A stretch of DNA of 58,798 bases, counting the filler, from Sphacelaria rigidula (lineage: Eukaryota), in the NCBI GenBank assembly GCA_964200075.2. It is 10 parts of 10 records of this genome, joined end to end, with 100 filler letters (N's around TTAATTAATTAA, not from the genome) between each part and the next. Parts side by side here need not be neighbours in the genome. Positions count along the whole stretch, not along the records: positions 47,121 to 52,909 come from CAXNAA020024446.1; positions 53,010 to 58,798 come from CAXNAA020024447.1; 8 more parts are not named here. One strand, given 5' to 3'. A program made the translations under genes and the position numbers. Below are positions 47,729-58,798 of this stretch, piece after piece; position 1 is the stretch's first letter; every line of letters begins with the position of its first letter. The notes beneath the pieces are model-generated. The model had not been told where the DNA came from and did not search any database. It saw only the letters and a program-made list of their open reading frames with translations.

Positions 47729-50347
47729 GCTTGTTTTACAGCGCCGTTGCCACTCGACGCCAACCCACGAGTCCAGAGGTGAGGGGGGGGAAGGGCGGGA
47801 TCAGCGGTGAGACTGGGATCATCTTGAGACAAACCCGCATGGCGCACATTGGGAGCAGCATGCAAAAAGGTCAAAGAGGTGATCCAAGTTGGAGTGGACA
47901 AATCTATGGGTGTGTATGCTAAAGAACCAGAAGGGTATACTCGAACGGGGGCGTGAGAGGATGGTACAGACATCTCAACGAAGGGTGAAGACTGTCTGGA
48001 CGATCAATCGAGAGTGAGCAGTACATTCGAGATGAGGACGGCAATGTACTGTGGGACAACGGTTTGATCAGTTGAAGATGGGAATGGTTCTTCTCTGCAT
48101 TGCTGAACGCCATATCGGCAACTCTCGACCGAACCGCCATCGATAAGATTGCTCAACGACCAATAGCGCTGTCACTGGGAGACCCGCCGAGCCAAAGTGA
48201 AACTGAGGAGGCTCTGAGAGCTATGTCGAACGGCAAAGCAACCGTTCCGGATGGTATTCCTGCTGAAATCCTGAAGCTTGGACTCAACGGGGAGGTGTCG
48301 GAGATTCTGTACCACTTCCACAGCATCTTTTCTGCGGTTTGGACATCTGGCGAGGTGACGCAAGAATGGAAAGATGTCACTATCAAAGTGCTGCACGAAC
48401 AAAACAGGCCGAGTGTGGTAACTATAGAAGCATTTCAGTTGTCGCACAAACTGCTAGAGGTTTCCTCAAAATTGTAGCCAACAGGCTCGGTAACTTCTGT
48501 GAGGAAACAGATGTTTTCCCGGAAGAGCAGTGTGGATTTAGGCGCGAAAGATCAACCACAGACACGATGTTCGTAGTACGTTGACTTCAGGAGTTGGGAC
48601 GGGCGAGCAACGTCCCATTAACATGTGCTTTATCGATCTGCAGAAAGCCTACGATTCCATAGACCGCACGCTCCTGTGGGAAGTGCATGCTCGGTTCGGA
48701 GTCCCGTCGCGAATGATCCGTATGTTCCACGACGGCATGCGAGCTCGGGTACAGCTACTGTAGAGAGTGGCGAAGTATCAGCGTGGTTCTACGTCTGCCA
48801 GGGACTCAGACAAGGTTGCGTTTCTTCCCCGCTGTTGTTCAACATCTTCGGAGCAGGCTTGGTGGACGTAATCGTTCAGCGATTTGCGACGAATCCAGTC
48901 ATCGTCTCAGACTTGGTAATCTTCCTAGATGATGCGCCAAAAGCTTACGATGACGAACCTGTGGAAGAGACACCGCTGGGAAAGGTGCGATGCGCGGTGT
49001 GGGCAATGCTTTATGCGGACGACGCAGGCATAGCCTCGAGGACCTCAGAAGGCCTTGCTCGAATGATGGCCGTGATAGTGATGACCTGCCAGGAATTCGG
49101 CCTGATGGTCTCCGAGAGCAAGACATGGTCCATGCGTCTTTGGTCAGTACCCAGTCCTACGGAGGGCGCCCTGGATATCAAAACTGCCGGTCAACGGCAT
49201 GAGCAAACGGGGACGTTTATCTACCTTGGTAAAGCTATCAACGTGGATGCGCAAATGCCCACCGAAATCAACCGCCGCATCAGCGCGGCGTGGGCGCGTA
49301 TTCGAAAATGTTGCTCCCAACTCTACGACCGACCCAACGCCGAGCTATCCTTGAAAGTTCGACTGCTTAAAGCGGAGGTTGTAGAAGCTCTGCTGTATGG
49401 ATGTGCCACATGGACGCTATGTTCTGAGGACTTCGATAGTCTGCGAACTGCCCACCACAACCTCTTGCTGCGACTGGTTGGATTCCGCAGGAAAGACGGA
49501 AATGGCTACAAGACTCTTCCGTACAGGACGGTGGTCGAGATGACCAACTGCGAACGTATCGAGACGAGTATCCGCAGACATCAACTGTCGTTCGCGGGAG
49601 CCCTTGTCCGTCAGGAGGAAACACGCCTTCCTAAGCGCGTCATGAACGGTCGGTTACAGCATGAGGGCCCAACGCGACGGGCCGCCCCCAAAGCAATGAG
49701 AGGACAACGTCCAGGAGAATCTACGTGCATTAGGGGCTGTCCCACACAAAGGAGCCCGACGGAAATGGTTTGTCTACGGTGTAGAGGTTAACGATGCATG
49801 CGATTGGGTCACTGCGGCGAAAAACATAGGCACATGGCATATTGGAGTCGAAAAAGGAGCGAAAGAGTTTGTGGACACGTGGCAACGGACGAACAAGAAC
49901 CTCACCGCCGTCACAAACGAGAGGCTGCTACGTCGAGGGCCACCAATCGACCAATCCTGTCTGTTCATATCGGTTGTTGGTTATGTCCTCAGTCGGTGGC
50001 TCTGCAGTGCTCACAGGCGTGTGTCTGTATCTATCCTGCTGCCCCGAATGCCTTGAGATTGTTCCTCTTCTTGTTTCGGATAGTATTATATATATATATA
50101 TATATTCCCTATTTTTTCCCTTTTATTGTTTTAGACCGGCTATTTCTCTCTGTGCTTTGCTTCTCTTGATTTTTTATTCCTTTTTTTTCACGTTTTAGTC
50201 TACTATGTCCGTCTGTTCGACTTTTGCTGTTCCTTCCTTTTTATCTGCAAATGTTTCAGTGTTGCTTTGTCTTGGGTACGTCCATGATGTGACCACGGCT
50301 GGTGCCTGGGGGCTCAGTTAAAGTGCGAGAATCACTCAATCAAATCA
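47729..50347 (+). mobile_element. RTE-clade non-LTR retrotransposon: disrupted RT ORF, 3' UTR and tail
   Basis: [72 protein letters not shown]. Several frameshifts and stops. AATCA-type tail. Confidence 0.95.
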
Positions 50348-51612
50348 TACATATACCAGGTCCCTCGCCGACCTTCGACCGGCAGCGGTCCCTTTTTCAG
50401 CGGGTCACAGCTGACGCGTTTTAAACAGCCAAGCCCTCGTGTTTTGTTGTGTAAAATGCTTGTTCGGGAAGCATAAAAGGTTCCGCGCTGGTTTTGGCAG
50501 GAGGGTTGGCGGGGAAACGGTGGAGCATACATGAGCAAGAATGGGCCGTTACGGTGTGATTGTAAAAAAATGGTATCGAGTGCACCGTAAGAAACGTAGA
50601 CCCGAGTTTGAGTGTCGGCGGTACATTATTTTATGTAATTTGTTTCGAAATATTACAAAAAAAAACGTCGCATTACAAAAAACAAACACGATTTATGGTG
50701 TCGAAATGCGGTGTTCTAGAAGAGCAACACTTTAAGGGGAGAAAAAAATCGCGTCCAAGGACTTAAACTCGATTACCGGTGGAAAGGAAACGTGTTTGAC
50801 CTACTGAGGAGTATGAGCGGGAGAAAAAAGCGCCTGGTCGTGGGAGGAGCATGTGGTGATATACACTTTATTATTATGGTTTTATGCCCAACCAATTACT
50901 TCAATTTTTATTTGGAACGCTTCGAAACGCAAACCTGTTTTCTGTAATGTACCTCTTCATGATGATAACGGTGAACGCTGCACCTACTCTAAATGTATAG
51001 TGCAAAATGTACGTAAAACCTCACCGGGTTCACGAGAGACTCATCCCCCTGCAATGCGTGAGACAGTTGTGCATAAAATATCATTATCCGTAAAACATCG
51101 TCGACGAGAAGATCCCACAGAAATAAAGAACCCAACTGCACGGAACAGAAAATATTGCAAGAACCCAGGGGGTTGTAAGCGACGCCCCCATGGTATTTTC
51201 CGGGTCGTTTAGTGTGTGGAGGAGGGGGGGGGAAACATGCAATGTGGCTAGCCTTGAACCCCCGACCCGCGCCGCATCAGAAGAATATTTCACCTCCCTG
51301 ACGTATGCCCGGCACTCACGGCTTGTTGTTCTCTGGGAAAATCTGCATAATTTCCACTTGGAAAATGACTGAAATGGATGCCGATTATTTTTCCTTGAAG
51401 GGATATCGGCAGATTTTTCAATTGAGAGAGCACTCGACATGATGGTGCAGATTATTTTCACCCGACCGGTTTTGAGCCACAAGTCAAGTGTATGTGCATG
51501 CATGCAGAGTCAGTATGTACGCATGTTGATGAACAGTTTTCAGTATTCGTAGGGTACATGCTGTCATGCATGGTTTGCAAGTGGCGCACGATGGCAGCCG
51601 CCACTGCTGCGA

Positions 51613-51650
<38 letters not shown>

Positions 51651-51849
51651 ATAACGTGATCCTCTTCTGCCATATACGCTTTCCTACCGGCCCTGGTACT
51701 TCCGGGGTAGGGCTGGCACACCTCGAGCGTGTTTTGATTATGCACGCATGTCACGCAGTTTCAACTGTACTCCCTCTGTGACTGCCTGCACTGCTGCTAC
51801 TCTATCGTACATCATGCGAACGTTCTTCATCAACGCCTGGATACAACGG

Positions 51850-52570
51850 GATAAAAACGACAGCGTGTCATCGCTCAACACCCAACACAATCCACTCTCG
51901 GGGCAGGGCTGGCACACCTCTAGCGGGTTTCGATCTTGCACTATCATGTCGCATCTTCCCATCTGTATCCAACACGTTTCAACGCAGCTGGCCCCCGTGG
52001 AAACGTATGCATCGCACACCTGTCGCTCGCAAAGCTTCATATCGCCATTTAATCCATCGAGACGACGGAAATAAAACCATGGCTTGAACCGCTATTCAAG
52101 TCATGCATACCAATCCAACAGCGGCAAGCGGACCACGACCTCCGCCACCATCGACCACCCGTAGCGACCATTCATATCAAGTTGATGTATCGAACACACC
52201 CCAGGAAACACTCAGATATAATATGCCGCTCCGCTTCCGGACCCTGATGTCCCACCCGCGTATTCACCGAGTTGTACAACGCGGTTCATGTCTCAACGGA
52301 CTTGCATCTCCCCTGCGCCGCTCCTTTGAGACAGCATACCATGTACTCGTCGGAGCACGTGACATTTGATCAGAGATGTTCTACGGTCAAAGACCACTGA
52401 AGCATGCACGTGCCATTTCTCCACCTTCGGCCACAAGGAACACATGGGTGACACCTGCTCACGCTAGAGCCTGCGCGTTTCGCGCTTTGCGCTCATATCC
52501 ACACCAACAGCAGCAGGTAGTATCTCCAACTGTCAGCACGCGCCAACCGCGCAAAGACAATGCCCCCGGG
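51850..52570 (-). repeat. Diverged homolog of the non-coding internal domain of the contig 7 LTR element
   Basis: The reverse complement aligns with ~36990-37700, e.g. CTACGGGTG...GGCGGAGGTCGWGGTCCG...GTATGCATGACT and GCTGCTGTT...GTGAGCAGGT. Confidence 0.7.
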
Positions 52571-53009
52571 CTTCTGTGCCAACAGGAACATATGAAAGTC
52601 ACCTCATAAAGCAACAACAGTGTACTGAATACTGCCGCACCCTGACGCTTCCCCACACACCGTACACATCAGTACCCTACCGTATCGAAGATTCTTATGT
52701 GAATGGTATCATTTCACTCAACACGTGCAATGCGACCTTCCACGCAGATACCCCAGGCATCATGCCTGCTAACAAGAGCAGCACAACAAACACACAGATT
52801 CCAAACATCCAGGGGTATGCCAGCATTTTATTTTTTTCCTCACACTTTGAACCCCTCCCCTTCCTCGGGATGAGTCCGTGGTCTCAAGGGATCAACCCAT
52901 CTCTCCCCCNNNNNNNNNNNNNNNNNNNNNNNNNNNNNNNNNNNNNNNNNNNNTTAATTAATTAANNNNNNNNNNNNNNNNNNNNNNNNNNNNNNNNNNN
53001 NNNNNNNNN

Positions 53010-55950
53010 GTGTGTGGTTCAGGCCCCATGACTGCAGATTAATTAACCTTGTTGACTCACGTAGGTCCCGCATTCATCCGAAGGTGGGCAACATATACCA
53101 GCGCTCACGTCAAACTTGTCGCACATGGCGTGCATGTACAAGCCTTTCACGCCTTGAGTCATGAAGGGTTGACTGCGTGAATTACAACTGATGTACGAAC
53201 CGCATGATTTATTCATCGAGATGATGACTTTGAGTTGACTCACGAGTCGATTTGTCCTAACCGTGCGATCTTGGCACCAGCCCTTCACGTCGCGATGACT
53301 GATGGGCCTCCAAGTTCGCTCCCGCGCTCATCAAAATCAAAAGTAGACATACATGTCAAGTGTCCCCATGACAGAGCACTGTCCCGGAACACTACCACCA
53401 CCTTTCATCGGCTTGCGGCTCCACCAGTTGGTTGCGAAAAATGCCATGCCCTCTCAAATGCCGAGGTAAGCACGACCTGAACAACAACCCATCTTGTTCA
53501 AACCAAGATGGCATTGATGGTACTGTCGCATTTTCAAGTGGGGGATTATTTGGGCTCTCGGGGTACTCAAGGTTTGGTCCGCATTCATGAATCTGGGGCT
53601 GCCGAGGTTTTTCAAGGTCTTTTGTCGTGGACACTCGTGTGCTCAGAGAAAAATGGGGTCACGTCGATATCTCCCCGTCGCTCCTCACTGACTCGACCTA
53701 GTCCAGATTCTCCGTCGACACGTGACATGGTAAATGCTGCTGCACAACGTGTTTAGCGCAGGATTTCTGGAAAGCTGCAGTAGATGGGTGCTAGCGCTGG
53801 GGCTATTGTTGTACCTCATTCTTCGAATCGGAATAGTTGAAAGAGGGTGTCGGGAACTACGGTCGCTCTTCCCGGCCAGTGTTGTATCATGAAATCATAC
53901 GATTGCAACGCTTTAGGCCATCGAGCCAATATATTGCTCGTGTGTTGCATGACATGTAACTATCGACATGCGTCGTGGTCTGTTACACAGGTGAGATCTG
54001 CCTCACAGGTAAGGTCTGGGATTACTGGTGAGAAACTGCATGTTGAAGTGCGCTACTATTTCTATTTCGCATTTTTATTCCTCTGCCCCGCAAATCCTAC
54101 AATCTCCCTAATAGCTAGCGCCCACGTGAGCGGCGAAGCCCTTCGTAAGATGGGGAAAGCGTGGGACTGGGGTCAACGCCGGGAATTGTGTAAAGTCTGC
54201 GAACGATTAGTCTCGTGCCGATCGCCACTATTTCATCAACGTTTGGTTGCGGCTAATCACTCCTCACGTGAGAAGTACGAACGGTTTCGTCACTGTATCT
54301 ACGTTAGGAATGAATGCCCTAACGAACGTTATCGCGGCAAGTACCAACCGAGGTTATTCCTCTCGCTCGTATGTCCAGCATTGCATCCAGGCCGCCTGTG
54401 CCCACTTCATGCCTGTTTCCGACAAAATATCTCGTAGACATTTCACTTCGGCTGGGCCAGATGGATGCCTAGATGGCTTTAGCGTCAACCCAGCTACTAG
54501 GAGAGGTTTTACGATATACCCCAGTAGGTCAACATGGGCTTTTCATGTTGTGGAGCATGCAACCGAGTCATCCAGGTATACCAACCGCGTCACCGTGCCA
54601 TCGAGAAGGCAAACATGAGGTTCACTTTCTCCGAAACAACCATAGGCTTGACGCGATACGAGCGGTGCGCGCTTGAACACATTCAAGGGTCGGACAAATC
54701 AATGACTCGTCTGGAAATTACTTGGTTACAGTGTAATTGATTCGAATCGTACGAATCAATCCTCAGGCTTTGTTTTCAGCGTTGCAACCCAGCTACACGC
54801 AGCCCAGACACGTGGAATGGCGCAAAAGTTGTGTGGACACCGCTTGGACCAGCGGTCAACTTTCTTCTCCCTTGTGGGCAATCAGGCCGAAGAAATCGTG
54901 GATTTGGTGATTCGAACCCGTGATGATTCGTCCTAACCGGGAACACATTCTCGACTAGCTGCACCACGACCGCGGTTTTTGTCTCCGCCATTTTTTGCAA
55001 CCATAAGTTGGCAGTACGCCTCTTCGAGAACGAAAACACCAATGTATATGGCCTCTTCAGATGACCCGATATGTCGGGTGTTGACAACGCTTTGCGAATC
55101 TGGTGCTTGTTTTCCTTTTTTTGTTGCCTTGTGCCGTCTACGCCAAACCCAATGCGGCCATTGCTTCAGATCACAGGAGTTATGAGTGATTCCCACAGGC
55201 TTGTTGGGTTGTTCGATGACTCCTTGGCATTTCATCTCCTCAGCGCACTCGTCAATTGCGACTTGGGCTCGGGAGTTGGTTCGATGTGCTGGTGTTATCA
55301 ACCGGTGTTGTGCCAGGCTGCAACGGAAGTTCAGCTCGAGCAATTTCGTCAGTTCCGTATGTTTGTCCCATAAGAGCAAAGAGACGTTTTTACCTTTCGA
55401 GTAATGCACGAAATGCCCGCTTCGGTGTATATGGCCATGTGCTTGACAGATTCACCATTGATCATGCCGGGCACTTGCACCCTCTTCGAAGTGAAACTAG
55501 ACGCGAAATCAAGTGTTCGCAAGTATACTGGGTACCTCAATACAGGGGTGTGATTGACCTCCCGCGGGGCAAGAATTGTTCGCGCTCCTCTTCTACAATC
55601 AAGTCCCAGACTCTTGGCTTGAATATCGTAAGCTGAGTTGTAGTCCTGACATCTGGTATAACCGCCATCCGTCCCATCTGTCTGGCTGCTTCAGCAGGTT
55701 TTGTCTGCGGGTGTGCGTGTGTTGTGCCATCAAGTATCCATACTCTGCGAGTGACCGCTGTTTAGCACCAAGAGAAGTGTAATCTGCTTCCCAAGCCCCT
55801 CGTAGTTCAAACTCTGCCGAAGGCTTCAAGATCGGTCCTCCTTGGACCTACTGGTGGTTTTCGGGAGGGTTGAAAGCACTTGCATTCGTAAATTTGATGA
55901 GAGGTGAGGTGCTTGCACCAAAGGTTGGTGCACCTATTCTGTTCCCTGTC
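53010..55950 (-). pseudogene. Heavily degenerate Ty3/Gypsy pol
   Basis: Remnants lie in Gypsy order: protease-like GASTS / ELRGA (~55790-55940), RT-like AQHRLIT...EMKCQGVIE and LEEAYCQL...KTAVV (~54960-55320), then integrase-proximal EQDGLLFRS (~53460-53510). Confidence 0.65.
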
Positions 55951-56315
55951 CCATCAGGTCCAGATGCCACTGCGCGCGCGGCGGCGCGTTGTGGGTCATA
56001 TCCCTTGCTACCCTGATGAGGTGCTTTTCATGTGAACTCAGTTTCTGTGGAGAATCTATGATAGGAGATCTACGATACTGCAGTGACGTGCTTGATGTGT
56101 GTCGTTTTGATTGGTCGCACGTGTTGGGGTTTGCTACCGTGCTTGGCGTGTTACGGGACATACATGTGTTTGGTGAAGTGGAGTTGCCCGCCAGCGAGTC
56201 CATCGAGCTCACTCTGCTTCGGCTACAAGCTCTACTGAGAATACACCTTTGGTCAACTCTTTCCCGGTGCCCGAACCGACCAATAGATCATTATTCCAGT
56301 AGAGTCAACGTGGAG

Positions 56316-56900
56316 ATGGCATCTCGTGGGGACGCGCAACAGTCTTCCGACCGCGCGTCTGAGCGCGGAGAAGAGACAGTGATGAACCGCATCGCCAGGA
56401 TCAAAGGTAACATGGCTACGTTCGGCCAGCTTTGTGAGCAGATTACATGCGCAGAGGCTAGCAAACGTGAGCCACAGAAATGCAGGAGGAGCAGAGGCCA
56501 GTGGCGTACAGGCAGGCGGCGTCATCGACAGCAGCGGTCCAGGGTGGGGACCGGGTACAGCAACACAACAGCCGGTCGCAGGGAGGCTTGGCGCGGCTGA
56601 CGGGCGGCATCATGTGAGGAGCGGACATGGCGTGTGTCGCTCCAGTTCAGGGGCTACGCGAGGTACATCGAGGGGCATGGGTCCCGAACGTGTGTCGTTT
56701 GGTGGCCATGGATACATCGGTGGTGGTGGATATGGTTTCGGCCGTGTGTCGTGGGTACACTTAGCGGGGCGCATAATGACGGAACTAGTTTGACCGGAGG
56801 TTTTCAACCAGTAGCTCCAAAGTTCACGGGACAAGAAAGTATTTTTCGAGATATTCCGACATGCTTTCCTGATCTATGCAAGACATCTAAGACTGGACAA
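56316..56900 (+). pseudogene. Possible Copia gag N-terminus, frameshifted
   Basis: MASRGDAQ... start, then a Gly-rich region, then GGFQPVAPKFTGQESIFRD, which resembles the PKF-x-G start of Copia gag. Confidence 0.4.
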
Positions 56901-57059
56901 GGTGTTAACCGGAAGTGCAACGCTCTCGAAACAGAATATCCTCGACTCCTTCACTATAATAGTCAGACTAGCAGGTTACAGATGCCATGCCCTCACGTGG
57001 GCATACACGATATCCTTCCCGTATTGGGTTTCTAGTTCCTCCATAGACACCCGGGTCAC

Positions 57060-57530
57060 AAACATTTAATCTTCTGTCTGTTGTAATTCCGGTAAAAACC
57101 CGACCCAGTCTCAAATATCTTCCGTAGTTAATGAAAGCATGTCCAGATCTCTCAATATCACTTTATTTTCTCATGTTCTTCGACACTCCTGCTTGAAATC
57201 CTCCGGTCAAATCAGTTCCGTCATCATGCACACCGTTGAGTTTACCGACGACATCACGACCGAAACCATATCCACCGAAAATGTACCCGTGAACAAAATC
57301 ATTCAAGTTGGGGGGGTCATGCCCGTCGATGTCTCCAGAGCCGCCCGCTGCGGACTTGTTCTCAATGTCGAGGATGCTTCAGTGAACGGTGTTCGTGGAT
57401 CTTGTCTACCCTGCTCGACTTTGATAATTCGGTGACCCTTAGCCTTCCCACACGACTTTATTTTGGTTGTTTGACAGGCGATGAGTTTTCTGCTTGATCT
57501 AGAAGGCGTGTCATCACACACTTGTGAACT
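57060..57530 (-). pseudogene. Second, diverged copy of the same gag-like segment in opposite orientation
   Basis: 57130-57350 is a reverse-complement homolog of 56640-56870 (ATGACGGAACT..TTTGACCGGAGG.TTTCAA; GGTGGATATGGTTTCGG). Confidence 0.5.
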
Positions 57531-58798
57531 CTAGTGGGTATTTATCCACTGACTAGCCAGGCTCATGCGTCAGGATGAATTGGACGAGGACTCCTGGGAG
57601 GTTTGGCGGGGCGGGCAGCACACGTTGCAAAAGGTTCCGTCTCACGCGGCGGAAGTCTGTGGCGGGGGTTAGGGGCTGGCCTGGGCTCATCTTCCTGATT
57701 TTTGCTCGTCTACGTTCTCATCTCCATCCTAGGGTACCGCGGGTTAGGTCAGTATAAGGCAATTTCACTTTTTAGTGAGCAACGGCGGAGGATATCCACT
57801 TAGGCTTTTGTCGATATCGTCAGGTATTGTGGCTGTACTAGGATGTACCTCGACAGCAGTGCGAACTGACTTTATGAGTCTTTAGAGAGTCGAGGCTCAC
57901 TATGGACATCTATTGAGCTTATCGTGAATTGCAGGGTGTGTGGACTACTCAGGAGCAGTGCATGGTTCTGCAACAGAGCGTGCTGGCTACTGACGGATGC
58001 CGCTGCAACGATTGCAATCCGAAAGGTCTACGGATGGACTGACCTGCTCCAGCTAGACGTCAATCTATCCCACCTACTCTGCCAGCACTCCTTCTACAAA
58101 GCTCAGTATCAGCATGTCGTCGTTGGTGACCCAGTCCACAAGAGCGCGCTCCAGTCAGTTCTAGACTGGTTGCTGAGTCCTTTCCTGCCCCTTCGATGCG
58201 GCGTCCCCTGGCACAATGTTATTTCGTCTTGGATAGGATGCATAGTAATGCGTCGTATCGTCATCTTTCTCACTCTTTCCCCCCCTTGTATCTTCTCTGT
58301 CGGACGTGCTCCCACACCACCGAGAATCAACCGCCGTTGATGCCAAATGAGGGGAGTATGCTCCCAAGTAAAAATGGCTACCGCGGGCGCTGTGTCAGTG
58401 CTCCGGTTGTAAAGTCTGGGTTCGCTTATATAATGTAGGGCACACACGAGTTGCTCAGAGCCGAGATTCATCTCTCCTGGGAACCGAGTCAGCTACAGAG
58501 CTGCTCGATAAACCCGCCAATTTACAACACAGTTCGCAACTATGTAACGACCGGTATCCTTGATTCGTGTAAAACGTGAGAAAGGGACACCACGGCGACC
58601 AAGCACCAACAACAACGAAGACATGGTAGGTGAACCAGATTCTCAGGATAGGCGAGTGGGCAAGCACTTGAAGGTTACCCGGTACTACATAGCAGTTCTG
58701 TTCCTTTGCTCATGGATGGTAACCGTACGAGCTGGGCCAGCCTAGAGGCTGCATGAAAGTTTGCAGGCGGATGCGCCGGCCAATATTTGGAGTTAGAC

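Noticed and set aside
57990..58080. AIRKVYGWTDLLQLDVN resembling the Copia RT W-x-L-x-QLDV motif
   Set aside because: The following AFL and later RT motifs are absent.

Overview
Eukaryotic, repeat-dominated DNA. A brown alga (Phaeophyceae) is the best guess, inferred from the repeat families and intron style and not proven. The window is not one locus. It is ten unrelated contigs of 5791-5789 bp, sorted by length and joined by artificial 100-nt spacers (N44-TTAATTAATTAA-N44). The only host gene I can support is four phase-compatible minus-strand exons in contig 2, encoding part of a STAND-type P-loop NTPase resembling the NTPase region of ADCY10-like soluble adenylyl cyclases. The other recognisable content is mobile DNA: two copies of one Ty3/Gypsy family with a very long gag and an extra upstream ORF, a degenerate Gypsy pol, an RTE-clade LINE pseudogene, possible Copia gag ends, and many MITEs (hAT-like 8-bp TSD, piggyBac-like, Sola-like 4-bp TSD, and a 1.2-kb intronic foldback). 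The most unusual object is contig 7. It is an LTR-bounded unit with near-identical LTR segments, no recognisable pol, two paralogous gag-like ORFs, and a non-coding domain shared with contig 9. I found no CRISPR, rRNA or tRNA. All family calls come from reading motifs by eye; no database searches were run.
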